64,000 nucleotides of DNA. It comes from Candidatus Uhrbacteria bacterium RIFCSPLOWO2_01_FULL_47_25. Its GTDB lineage: Bacteria; Patescibacteriota; Patescibacteriia; GWA2-46-9. This document shows positions 48,397 to 57,255 of this stretch, piece by piece. Position 1 is the first letter of the stretch; each line of letters begins with the position of its first letter. The position numbers were made by a program, and so were the translations under genes. The DNA is taken from assembly GCA_001791325.1 (NCBI GenBank), contig MGEK01000033.1:8370-72369 (forward strand), given 5' to 3'. A model generated the notes under the pieces. That model ran no database searches. It saw only the letters and a list, made by a program, of their open reading frames with translations, and was not told where the DNA came from.

Positions 48397-48546
48397 TTTT
48401 ATATTTTCTATTTTGCATTCCACATTTTATTCGCGCGAATTTGCCCAACGCACCAGTCCGCCTCGGGCGGATAAAGTCGTGGAGCTTCACTTTTGTCATT
48501 ACCACTTCGGCAAAGTCTCACCAAGACCCCATACGCAGGTGCGTTT

Positions 48547-48582
48547 AATTTCATCATACTAGTATACTAGTATGATGAAATT
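48547..48582. repeat. Perfect 36-bp palindrome
   Basis: AATTTCATCATACTAGTATACTAGTATGATGAAATT. Confidence 0.85.
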
Positions 48583-48683
48583 TGATTTAGGATCATACTG
48601 GCACTCGCACGCTCTTTGGATCCAAAGTCAATTTTATTACCGCATAACTAGCCAAGCATTGGCCGTTGTAGTAATATATCTAC

Positions 48684-49394
48684 ATGATTCCCATCGTCTC
48701 TTTGACTAATTTAATTAGCGCCATTGTCTCTATTGTCATTGGCGGTAATTTACTTGTCGCCTATCGGCGGAATCATAATGTTGCCGTTTTTTGGTTTATT
48801 CTGTTTTATTTAGCTTTTGCCGTTAGTTGGTTAATAGCGGCCGCGCCTGAACTGGTTTTGAAGGATCCATACGCCGTTATGGCATCAAGTATTGTCGCTT
48901 TTTTTTTCCAATATCTCGCTTATTTCGCCGTGATTCAGGTGCCATTCATTTTTTTGCGAAAGCGCGAGTGGGGAGCAATAGCCAGTGCTTTGATAGCAAT
49001 GACTGGGATAATATTTGTTATCGGACGCCTCTATAATCTTCAGCCGCATAGCCGAGAGATTATCAGTAACGTTTTTGGTACGTATATTTTTTGGCGTCCG
49101 GTCTTTCATCCTTGGTTGAGGGTTATGACCGGAGTGGTGGGCGGTGGTGTTGCTGTTTTCTGTGCCATTATTTTTTTCTACCTGGGGTGGCAAGATCGTT
49201 CAAATCGTCTAGTTTTCGCCAGGTCAATGTATCTGGGCAGCGGCACGACAATTTTATTTATTGGTTCAATCATTGTGTATTTTATATCAACCACAGGCGC
49301 GTTTTTTGCTCTTAGTATCGCTTCTATCTTCGTTATTGTCGGCTTGTTGGTAATTTTTAAAGGAATTCTGCACGAAGACCGCGCTAATCCTTAA
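48684..49394 (+). CDS. Multi-pass membrane protein (7TM sensor-like)
   Basis: About seven hydrophobic helices and no cytoplasmic catalytic domain. Confidence 0.65.
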   Translation: MIPIVSLTNLISAIVSIVIGGNLLVAYRRNHNVAVFWFILFYLAFAVSWLIAAAPELVLKDPYAVMASSIVAFFFQYLAYFAVIQVPFIFLRKREWGAIASALIAMTGIIFVIGRLYNLQPHSREIISNVFGTYIFWRPVFHPWLRVMTGVVGGGVAVFCAIIFFYLGWQDRSNRLVFARSMYLGSGTTILFIGSIIVYFISTTGAFFALSIASIFVIVGLLVIFKGILHEDRANP

Positions 49395-49563
49395 TCTTGC
49401 CAAGATGGACGTTGTTTTTGTTTGCGTATAATTGAGCAACTTCATTTTTGATCAGAACGGCCGCTTGTGTTATTTGCACTTTGAGGTTTTTGTGGGAAGT
49501 ATCAAAGGTATAGATAAAAGGAATTTTTTATAATCCATTCTGCGATTAGGGCATAATTATTTT

Positions 49564-49593
49564 TTGCTTCAGTGTACTAGTACACTGAAGCAA
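49564..49593. repeat. Perfect 30-bp palindrome between convergent genes
   Basis: TTGCTTCAGTGTACTAGTACACTGAAGCAA. Confidence 0.85.
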
Positions 49594-49663
49594 GGGGTAT
49601 TTCGGTTAAAATTGAAATAATGTTGACGGGTTGTCCGGTAAATTTAATTATTAGTTTGCAGTA

Positions 49664-50434
49664 TCAAGATATCATTACCGCTATTCCAACGTCAGCCCAG
49701 TCATATAGCCGGCCCATATATTCTTGTTTGTGCGGCACATTCACACAGCCATGGCTTTTTGGTTTGCCAAAATCATTGTGCCAATAAGCGCCGTGAACAT
49801 AGAAGTTATAACCTCTTCCCTCTTTGAACATTAAATTCCATTTAGTATTTGGAAAATCGTAACCTGGACCAGCATAATGAACTGTTGGACGCTTTTTGAT
49901 CACCGTAAAATTACCACTAGGCGTTGGCGTGCGCGGCAATCCTGAAGAAATTTTAAAGTCGTCAAGTTTTGCATTTCCAAAGAAGTACTGAAGCGACTGA
50001 TTTTTTAAATTGACCTCAATGCGTTTGGCGATTTTTTCTGTGCCTGAAGATAGGGGATCATAGCCATTGCGAACCTCCTCGCCGTCTTTATATCCGTCTC
50101 TATCTGTGTCTGGATTATTCAAATGCGTGCCTAGAGCAATCTCCCAATCATCCCAAAGGCCATCTTTGTCTGTGTCTATTTCGCGCATTTTTTGCCTGTT
50201 ATTGCGCAACGGGGAATAGCCGTTTTTAATTTCTTCGCCGTCAGAAAAACTATCACCATCGCTATCATAATGATTCGGATTGGTATGGTAGATATTCAAT
50301 TCGTCCTCATCCAGAAGTCCGTCATTGTCACTGTCGTCCAATGAGCTAACCTGGGCGTTTATGGGGTTGGGCACGAACAAAACAAAAACCATTGATAAGA
50401 TTAAAGTTATGCCCAAGTTTTTAGCGCAAATCAT
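49664..50434 (-). CDS. L,D-transpeptidase (YkuD) with Ca-binding D-x-D-x-D-G repeats
   Basis: DSDNDGL, DTDKDGL and DTDRDGY repeats; TPSGNF and HGAYWH..SHGCVN motifs. Confidence 0.9.
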   Translation of the reverse strand: MICAKNLGITLILSMVFVLFVPNPINAQVSSLDDSDNDGLLDEDELNIYHTNPNHYDSDGDSFSDGEEIKNGYSPLRNNRQKMREIDTDKDGLWDDWEIALGTHLNNPDTDRDGYKDGEEVRNGYDPLSSGTEKIAKRIEVNLKNQSLQYFFGNAKLDDFKISSGLPRTPTPSGNFTVIKKRPTVHYAGPGYDFPNTKWNLMFKEGRGYNFYVHGAYWHNDFGKPKSHGCVNVPHKQEYMGRLYDWADVGIAVMIS

Positions 50435-50595
50435 GTTGTTAGGTATTGAGGGTATTAAGTTTATGTTATTATAACATACTAAATAAAATTTAGCAAATCA
50501 TATTGACAATGATTAGATTTTATAGTTTAATGTGAGAATAAAATATATTAAAACATAATTTTGGTATTTTTGTAATCTTTTTGGTATAATATAAA

Positions 50596-50692
50596 TCCCG
50601 TTAGAAATTTCCGCGGGGTATTTAAATCCCCGCGGGAATTACCTCAAACATCAACCCGCGCCACAAGCGGCGGGGTATTATTTCTAACGGGA
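50596..50692. mobile_element. 97-bp MITE-like element with CCCGTTAGAA termini, TSD TAAA, different interior
   Basis: 13-bp TIR TCCCGTTAGAAAT/ATTTCTAACGGGA; TAAA at 50592-50595 and 50693-50696; two internal GC hairpins. Confidence 0.75.
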
Positions 50693-50730
50693 TAAAAAAG
50701 GTCCTGCGCGTCATGTTGACCACGCAGGAC
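50693..50730 (-). terminator. Rho-independent terminator or cruciform downstream of the 160-aa gene
   Basis: Minus strand GTCCTGCG-TG-GTCA-ACA-TGAC-G-CGCAGGAC-CTTTTTTA. Confidence 0.7.
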
Positions 50731-50769
50731 CGAAGGGCAAAGTCTCATCCGGAAGAAGCTTTGAATGCT

Positions 50770-51252
50770 TTAGATTTCTAAGCTACGCTTTGGCACTAGT
50801 CTCACTTCCACCAGCCACCGCCAGCCCTTGCCCCGAATGTAGTCAGTCCAGCAGAAGTCCGAGCCGCCGTTCGAGTAGACGAACGGGAAGCTGACGACGC
50901 CGCCTGGGCCCACCCACGAGGGATCGGCAATGCCACGCGGGTGCTGGCCGTCTGGCTGAAACATCTGTTTGACGGCCTCCCGCCACTGCCCTTCGGGAAC
51001 CCTCCCGTGCTTCACGCACTTCGCGCGCACGGTCTTGATATTTGGCGGGTAGCCGACGGCTACCCATTTGAAGAGACGGGTCTGCCTTCCCCTGACCCGT
51101 TGGCCTGTGAACTGCCAGCGCTTCGGGTCGTAGCCGTCCTGCCGCACCATCTCGAGCGGGTCGTGAGCGTCCCCGTCGAGCGTCAGCTCGAAGACTTCGT
51201 CATCGGCGGGATAGGTGCGGGGCTGGGCTGCGGCTGTCCCATGAATTGCCAT
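50770..51252 (-). CDS. Probable DGR variable (target) protein
   Basis: GC-rich with an AAGGAGG RBS. The C-terminal SWV..FPFV..SDF.W...WRWLVEV segment has 20 of 29 codons ending in C. Confidence 0.6.
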   Translation of the reverse strand: MAIHGTAAAQPRTYPADDEVFELTLDGDAHDPLEMVRQDGYDPKRWQFTGQRVRGRQTRLFKWVAVGYPPNIKTVRAKCVKHGRVPEGQWREAVKQMFQPDGQHPRGIADPSWVGPGGVVSFPFVYSNGGSDFCWTDYIRGKGWRWLVEVRLVPKRSLEI

Positions 51253-51418
51253 ACTGTTCCTCCTTAATTCTGTTGGAGGTTCGCTTTTTACTCTGCACCT
51301 ACAGAGCCAAAGCTCACCACGTTCATCATTACTGCTCTCTACGTATAACGGGTATACTGTTTATACCTACAGAGCAGTAATGATTGTCTCCGTTGCGCAG
51401 GTTTTTAAAGAACGCCTC

Positions 51419-51448
51419 ATTGTAGCATTGACAGGGGTTTTATGTCAA
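51419..51448 (-). promoter_or_regulatory. Sigma70-type promoter with overlapping TTGACA-N9-TGTCAA palindrome
   Basis: Minus strand TTGACA-N18-TACAAT, with TGC immediately before the -10. Confidence 0.6.
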
Positions 51449-51490
51449 GGCATATTAAGGCGCAAGGGTGAATGTCAGTATTTTGGTCAA

Positions 51491-51506
51491 TGTTCCACGT
51501 GGAACA
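51491..51506. promoter_or_regulatory. parS: parS centromere-like site
   Basis: Intergenic perfect palindrome TGTTCCACGTGGAACA matching the known parS consensus, about 44 kb from oriC. Confidence 0.85.
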
Positions 51507-51638
51507 TTTTTATATAATATATTATTATATTATGTCAAGAATATGTTATAATACATTGACAGAAATATAATACTGTGTTATAATCTTTATTCTTGAATAA
51601 TATATGCTACTCTGCTAGTATATTCAGACTAGAATCAT

Positions 51639-51709
51639 GGGCCTGTGGTATAACGGTAACACGCGGGCATGGCATGCTCGAGTCGAGGGTTCAACTCCCT
51701 CCAGGTCCA
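51639..51709 (+). tRNA. tRNA-Ala(GGC)
   Basis: Acceptor GGGCCTG/CAGGTCC with G3-U70, anticodon CGGGC-ATGGCAT-GCTCG, T-arm GAGGG TTCAACT CCCTC. Confidence 0.9.
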
Positions 51710-51745
51710 TTTTTTGCCAATTTCTATAATTAATTTCGAACTTTT

Positions 51746-52201
51746 ATGGAAAAACGAAGCAAAAATATACAAACAGTACTTAACATCTTGCAGGATGAAG
51801 TAAATGGCGATATCCTATCTGCGCTCAAAAAAATGACTAAGGATTACACAATGACTTGGGTTGATGCTGGGATTAATGGGAATCAATTGTTTCCCACTAC
51901 AAAGAAGAACATTCAGGATGATATGAAAGAAGCCTATGTAATAAAAGGTAGAGAGTATGACATACGGAACATTGCCGAAGGAGATGGAGTAGTGTTCGTT
52001 GAGCTTATTGAAAGTTTCCCAAATCAAAGAACAAAAAAGTTTTATCGAACGCCGCTCGTTCTTGTTTTGGAAATGAAAAAAGGAAAAATTAGAACCGGAA
52101 GACATTACCTTGATCCATGTTTATCTGGAAAGTTTTTGACCAAAGCACAAATAGAAAAAGCATACAAAAACAGTAGGGGGTCACAGATGATAATTCAATA
52201 G
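51746..52201 (+). CDS. SnoaL/NTF2-like family protein, paralog 2
   Basis: About 80% identical to 13509-13961. Confidence 0.8.
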   Translation: MEKRSKNIQTVLNILQDEVNGDILSALKKMTKDYTMTWVDAGINGNQLFPTTKKNIQDDMKEAYVIKGREYDIRNIAEGDGVVFVELIESFPNQRTKKFYRTPLVLVLEMKKGKIRTGRHYLDPCLSGKFLTKAQIEKAYKNSRGSQMIIQ

Positions 52202-52289
52202 AGCTATTGCAAGTTCGTTGTATTCTTTTAGTTCAGCCTTGTGCATGTGATTTTAATGCCAGTTCCTCTATAATAAATTTAACACTATT

Positions 52290-53510
52290 ATGCAAACAGA
52301 ATCAGGGTTTTACGGCCTGGGCATAGCGCCTAAACTTATGGAAGCGGTAAAGCGCGCCAAATTCGCTGTCCCAACTCCCATCCAGCGCAAATCAATTCCC
52401 GTGGCTATTGAAGGAAAAGATATTATTGGTATTGCCCAGACTGGCACGGGCAAGACCCTCGCCTTTGGGGTGCCGATGCTTCAGCGTTTGGCACAGGTGA
52501 AAGGACGCGGACTTGTAGTTTTACCCACTCGCGAGCTCGCTCTGCAGGTTGATGAAATGCTTCATAAAATCGGCCGCTCCTTGGGGCTTCGCACGGCCGT
52601 GCTCATCGGCGGCGCTTCAATGGTTAATCAAAAAAAGATGCTGCGGCGCACCCCTCACATTCTCATCGCTACTCCCGGACGGCTCATTGATCATCTTGAA
52701 CAGAAAAACGTTAACTTGCATGATATTCGCGTGTTGGTTCTTGATGAAGCCGACCGCATGCTTGATATGGGTTTTGCGCCGCAGCTGCAGCGCATTTTAA
52801 AGGCCATTCCACGCGAGCGCCAAACAATGCTTTTTTCAGCAACCATGCCCGACAAGATCGTTGCTATTGCGCGCAGCTATATGAAACTGCCGGTGCGAGT
52901 TGAGGTTGCTCCGTCCGGAACAGTTGCCGAACGCGTAACGCACGAGCTTTTTGTTGTCAAGCGCGAGGACAAGATAAATCTTCTTACCAAATTACTTGAA
53001 ACCTATCGCGGCCCGGTGCTGGTGTTTTCTCGTACAAAATTTGGTATTAGGCGGATTGTTCAGGCGCTGCGGGCTGCCGGCCTCAGCGCTGGTGAGCTTC
53101 ATTCTAACCGGTCGCTTGCCCAACGTCGTGAAGCGCTTGATGGTTTTAAGTCCGGGAAGTACCGCGTGTTGGTGGCGACCGATATTGCCGCGCGGGGGAT
53201 TGATGTTGTTGGTATTGAGCTTGTGGTGAATTATGATATTCCCGAAAATCCCGAAGATTATATTCATCGCGTTGGACGCACTGGCCGAGCTGGCGAAACC
53301 GGCCACGCCATATCTTTTGCCACCGCCGATCAAGGAGCTGACGTGCGTGCCATTGAAAAGCTTGTGCGGGTTAATTTACCGATATCAAAATTGCCCGGGC
53401 TGCCTCCGCCGAGACTAGAGCCGCGCCACGAGCCTCGCGCGAATAGACGATATTCGCGCCCGCCGCGCCGCGGTGGTTTGTATCGGACTCGTCATCGTCA
53501 TTCAAGATAA
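52290..53510 (+). CDS. DEAD-box RNA helicase (RhlE-like)
   Basis: AQTGTGKT, PTRELA, DEAD, SAT and HRVGRTGR motifs. Confidence 0.96.
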   Translation: MQTESGFYGLGIAPKLMEAVKRAKFAVPTPIQRKSIPVAIEGKDIIGIAQTGTGKTLAFGVPMLQRLAQVKGRGLVVLPTRELALQVDEMLHKIGRSLGLRTAVLIGGASMVNQKKMLRRTPHILIATPGRLIDHLEQKNVNLHDIRVLVLDEADRMLDMGFAPQLQRILKAIPRERQTMLFSATMPDKIVAIARSYMKLPVRVEVAPSGTVAERVTHELFVVKREDKINLLTKLLETYRGPVLVFSRTKFGIRRIVQALRAAGLSAGELHSNRSLAQRREALDGFKSGKYRVLVATDIAARGIDVVGIELVVNYDIPENPEDYIHRVGRTGRAGETGHAISFATADQGADVRAIEKLVRVNLPISKLPGLPPPRLEPRHEPRANRRYSRPPRRGGLYRTRHRHSR

Positions 53511-53549
53511 TTTAGATTCAGCCCTTTCGCTTTTTTCTGTTAATTTTGC

Positions 53550-53579
53550 TTATATCACCATACTAGTATGGTGATATAA
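53550..53579. repeat. Perfect 30-bp palindrome
   Basis: TTATATCACCATACTAGTATGGTGATATAA. Confidence 0.85.
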
Positions 53580-53744
53580 AATGAAAGTAAGATGGCGGTT
53601 TGGTTAGGACTAAAGTTTTTTTATCGCCAAAGAAGAGTAGGGGATAATTTTAGAACATTGTGATTATTGGCTAGATTTGAGATTGATTATTAAGACGAAA
53701 TGCAGTAAAATACAATCCTAAAGTGCCTAATTAATTTCTTAAAT

Positions 53745-54071
53745 ATGAGTGAAGTAATTTTCACCGATCAAAATTTTCAGAGCGAAGTTTTGTCTTCTGA
53801 TGTGCTGGTATTGGTTGATTTTTGGGCGCCGTGGTGCGCGCCTTGCCGCGTGTCAGGACCGCTTGTTGAACGAGTGGCCAATAAAATGTCCAGCCGACCA
53901 ATCAAAATAGGCAAGTTCAATGTTGACGAGAATCAGGAGACACCGCAGAAATATGGTATTATGAGTATTCCTACTTTTTTGCTTTTTAAAGCCGGTAAAG
54001 TAGTAGAGCAAATGATTGGCGTGCCCACCGAGGATGGCCTGATAGTCAAACTGGAAAGTCATATAAATTAG
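53745..54071 (+). CDS. trxA: Thioredoxin
   Basis: VDFWAPWCAPC and GIMSIPT motifs. Confidence 0.93.
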   Translation: MSEVIFTDQNFQSEVLSSDVLVLVDFWAPWCAPCRVSGPLVERVANKMSSRPIKIGKFNVDENQETPQKYGIMSIPTFLLFKAGKVVEQMIGVPTEDGLIVKLESHIN

Positions 54072-54115
54072 TGTTTTTTAGTTTTTAATATTTAGTGTAT
54101 ATTTAGTGGAATAAT

Positions 54116-54502
54116 ATGGACAAGAAAACAATAAACTATATTAGCGGGGGAATAGTCGTGGTGGCGATCATCGTTGGGCTAGTGGTATTTTTTTCATCCA
54201 ATAACAGCCAGCCGGGGAAATTTGATGAATTCGCTAAGTGTTTGAGTGACAAAGGCGCGGTGTTCTATGGCGCTTTTTGGTGCCCGCATTGCAAAAACCA
54301 AAAAGCATCATTTGGGAAATCTGTGGATTACTTGAATTATGTTGAGTGTTCAACACCAGATGGGAGAGGGCGAACACAGGAGTGCAAAGACAAAAAAATT
54401 GAGGGCTATCCAACCTGGGAATTTTCCGACGGCTCGCGCGAGTCGGGCGAGCTATCACTCTCACGCCTAGCCGAGAAGACCGGCTGCGCCCTCCCCGAGT
54501 AG
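54116..54502 (+). CDS. Membrane-anchored thioredoxin-like protein (VKOR-associated type)
   Basis: YGAFWCPHC..QK..FG, YVEC and IEGYPTW motifs. Confidence 0.8.
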   Translation: MDKKTINYISGGIVVVAIIVGLVVFFSSNNSQPGKFDEFAKCLSDKGAVFYGAFWCPHCKNQKASFGKSVDYLNYVECSTPDGRGRTQECKDKKIEGYPTWEFSDGSRESGELSLSRLAEKTGCALPE

Positions 54503-54597
54503 TTCCGTGGGGGAACCATGTCTCTGGTAACCGCTGCCCTAAACTACGTTGTCGCGGCGCTGCTGCTCGTTCAGCGCAGCGCACGTGTTTGAAAGGT

Positions 54598-54924
54598 ATG
54601 GGAGCACCAATTTTTCATGGTATCGGTGCTTCGACAGGAGAAGCAGAGGGTGCGGTGCGTATTGTGCGCAGCCATGCGGACTCATCACGCTTTCAAGATG
54701 GCGACGTGCTCGTCACGAAGATCACCGATCCCACGATGGTGGCGATGATGGGTCGAGCAGCGGCTATCATCTGCGACATTGGGAGCATCACGTCGCATCC
54801 CTCAATCGTCTCGCGGGAGATGGGGATACCCTGCGTGGTGAACACCCAAGTCGCCACCACCACGTTACGTGACGGTCAGCGCGTACGCGTGAACGGGTCG
54901 ACAGGCGAAGTCTATCTTATTTGA
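54598..54924 (+). CDS. Stand-alone PEP-utilizing enzyme mobile (phosphohistidine swivel) domain
   Basis: GDVLVT..TDP, GSITSHPSIVSREMGIPCVV and VRVNGSTGEV motifs. Confidence 0.88.
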   Translation: MGAPIFHGIGASTGEAEGAVRIVRSHADSSRFQDGDVLVTKITDPTMVAMMGRAAAIICDIGSITSHPSIVSREMGIPCVVNTQVATTTLRDGQRVRVNGSTGEVYLI

Positions 54925-54935
54925 GATTTGAGCGT

Positions 54936-56015
54936 ATGATCAGCGACCAGTTGGTCGACGAATATCTCGACGCCGTGGCGCCCGCTTGGTGCGCCATGGA
55001 TTTCCTGACGTTTGCTGAAACCATTGACGTGTTCCTTTATGATCCGCTGATTGCGCTGGAGTGGACCGAGCTCCACACGCTGCCCATGCTCGACACTGTT
55101 GCCGTGAAGCGACTTGACAGCCGCACCGTGGCACAACTGCTCCACGACAGCCCCAGCGTCATCCGTTGTCTGATGCACTACGACATTCTCATGGCGAAGT
55201 GTGCACGACTCGGTACCGCTGCCTACCTTCGTATTTTTGATTTCTACCAAGACGTTCTGCAAGCACTCTGCAAGGAGGACGTCTTCGCGAAGAGATTCAG
55301 GAACATCATTCACGCTGCCGAGCAAGTTCGGGGCATGGTCGGTCGACTACGGCCAAGCAGTCCAACTGTCGCACGTGCGTTGGGGAGGCTGGCCAATGCT
55401 TGCTACAATCTTTCCTACGGTTTGTACTCTGATATGAACCCGCAGCTCGTCTACGACAACCTCGGTCCCTACGTACGGCCAGACGGTCGACTATTCGTCC
55501 TGAAGATTTTTCACAACCTGAAGCCCGTCGAGCTCTGGCCAGAAACCGCTTCTCTGCCCGTGGGCGCGATCGACGTGGGGGTTCTGCTCGAGGGAGTAAC
55601 ACTCAAAGTCGATGCGGCCACGCACGCTATCTACGAAGGGGATCAGGTGAACGGCCTACGTGGCTGGTGGTGTGAAGCCGACGGCAAGGCGTTGCCGCTC
55701 GAGGCGATTGATGATGTACGCCAGCGCCTTGAGGCTACAGCGGTAGCCGTGTACGAGCAGGTAAAACAGTTCAACTTCGAAAAAAAGAAAGAGTTCTACT
55801 GCTTCCAGAAGGCTTGGGGTTACAAGAAGCTCTATGATGTCCTTGACCTCGACTGGCGCCCACCGCCGGCCGTGCTCGCCGCGGCTCGAGGTAAGTCACT
55901 ATTCACCAATTGGAATATCCCCGAGGACAAAAAGCAAGCAGTCACCCTCCTGTGTCAGGTGTTTGATCCGCGGAGAGAGGTTCCAGCAGAAGCATTTAAG
56001 GGTGAAACGGATTAA
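54936..56015 (+). CDS. Hypothetical protein linked to the PEP mobile-domain gene
   Basis: 359-aa GC-rich ORF 11 nt downstream; LGPY, LKPVELWP and LDWRPP motifs; family not recognised. Confidence 0.75.
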   Translation: MISDQLVDEYLDAVAPAWCAMDFLTFAETIDVFLYDPLIALEWTELHTLPMLDTVAVKRLDSRTVAQLLHDSPSVIRCLMHYDILMAKCARLGTAAYLRIFDFYQDVLQALCKEDVFAKRFRNIIHAAEQVRGMVGRLRPSSPTVARALGRLANACYNLSYGLYSDMNPQLVYDNLGPYVRPDGRLFVLKIFHNLKPVELWPETASLPVGAIDVGVLLEGVTLKVDAATHAIYEGDQVNGLRGWWCEADGKALPLEAIDDVRQRLEATAVAVYEQVKQFNFEKKKEFYCFQKAWGYKKLYDVLDLDWRPPPAVLAAARGKSLFTNWNIPEDKKQAVTLLCQVFDPRREVPAEAFKGETD

Positions 56016-56122
56016 AGTTCATAAGCAGTCCATCTACGTGTGGTGATCCTTACTCATTTTGCGTCGTAAAGGTGGGTATGCTAGGCTGGGTGTATCATTC
56101 AGCGTGCTTTAAATAGTCCATT

Positions 56123-57031
56123 ATGCCCAGAGAGGCCGAAACTCCCGAAGTCCACGAACGAGAGCCGCAGCAGCGCCTCGAGACGATCATTTACTTCGTC
56201 CGTCATGGTGCGGCGGAGGCGATGGCTGGGGCGGATCGAGACCCGACCATTGACCGTCAGCGGCACTTGAGCCCTGAGGGGCGACAGCAGGCAGAGGCCG
56301 CGGGGAGAAAAATTGCTGACGAGCTTAAATCTTTAGAGTCGGGGGACGTCATCTTCTCCCGCTCAAGCCCCTACCCACGAGCGGTGGAGACAGTGGGGAT
56401 CGTGCGCGATGAAGTACTCAAAGCGCTGCCTGGTCGGGCGCTCGTCGTCCCGATTTCCAGGAAGCCAACCAGAAACGAGTACCGCTTTCCCCTCACGAGT
56501 TTTGATGCCTACAGCGTAGGGACTGAACGTCGCGGCACAACCAAGGGGCTTCCAGAGGAGTGGGTTCGTGACCCATCTGTTTTCCAGCGTGACCTCGATG
56601 AGGCTGGGGCCATGGAGACCGCCCAGGGAATACTCAATGAGCGAACTATGAACCTTCAACGCATTGCTGCTAGATGGGAGCGAACTGGACGGCTGCTCGG
56701 CGCAAAATGGCAGCGAGATGCGCTGGAGGGGGGCCTAGAGCCGGCAGCCATAAGAGCTCCACGGCTTGTCATTTTGATCGGTTCGCACGGCGGCCTTATG
56801 CCTGAACCTTGGCTCAATGAGGCAGTGCGTCAGTACGAACAGGAAAACGGTGACAGCGTTTCGCCAGAGCTTAGCTACGGTGAATACTTCAAAGTCCACT
56901 TCCCCGCCAATGTGGAGACGGCGCCAACCTTGACGCTTCATGGGAAAGACATCCCGCTTCGGGTAGAACTTTTCCGACGGCTCAAGAGAGAGCGGAGAGC
57001 TGACACTGGAAAGACTGGCCGAAAAAACTAG
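56123..57031 (+). CDS. Histidine phosphatase superfamily protein
   Basis: YFVRHG, LSPEGRQQA, SSPYPRAVET and IGSHGG motifs. Confidence 0.8.
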   Translation: MPREAETPEVHEREPQQRLETIIYFVRHGAAEAMAGADRDPTIDRQRHLSPEGRQQAEAAGRKIADELKSLESGDVIFSRSSPYPRAVETVGIVRDEVLKALPGRALVVPISRKPTRNEYRFPLTSFDAYSVGTERRGTTKGLPEEWVRDPSVFQRDLDEAGAMETAQGILNERTMNLQRIAARWERTGRLLGAKWQRDALEGGLEPAAIRAPRLVILIGSHGGLMPEPWLNEAVRQYEQENGDSVSPELSYGEYFKVHFPANVETAPTLTLHGKDIPLRVELFRRLKRERRADTGKTGRKN

Positions 57032-57255
57032 CTGCGAATTACCGAAGTGATTACGGGGCGCCATTGGTCATTGGCTACACCACTATTCCCGTGATGTCAC
57101 TCATGGCGTTTGTTTTAATCACAGAGTTATTGATTGTGTATCGTCGGATCAATCAAACAAAAAACGACCTGCTATTTGCGAAAGAGTCACAGTTCGTTCC
57201 TGTTGTACTCAATTCTCAATGCTTGAATGGTGTCTTTTATTCCTCAAGGTGCTAC

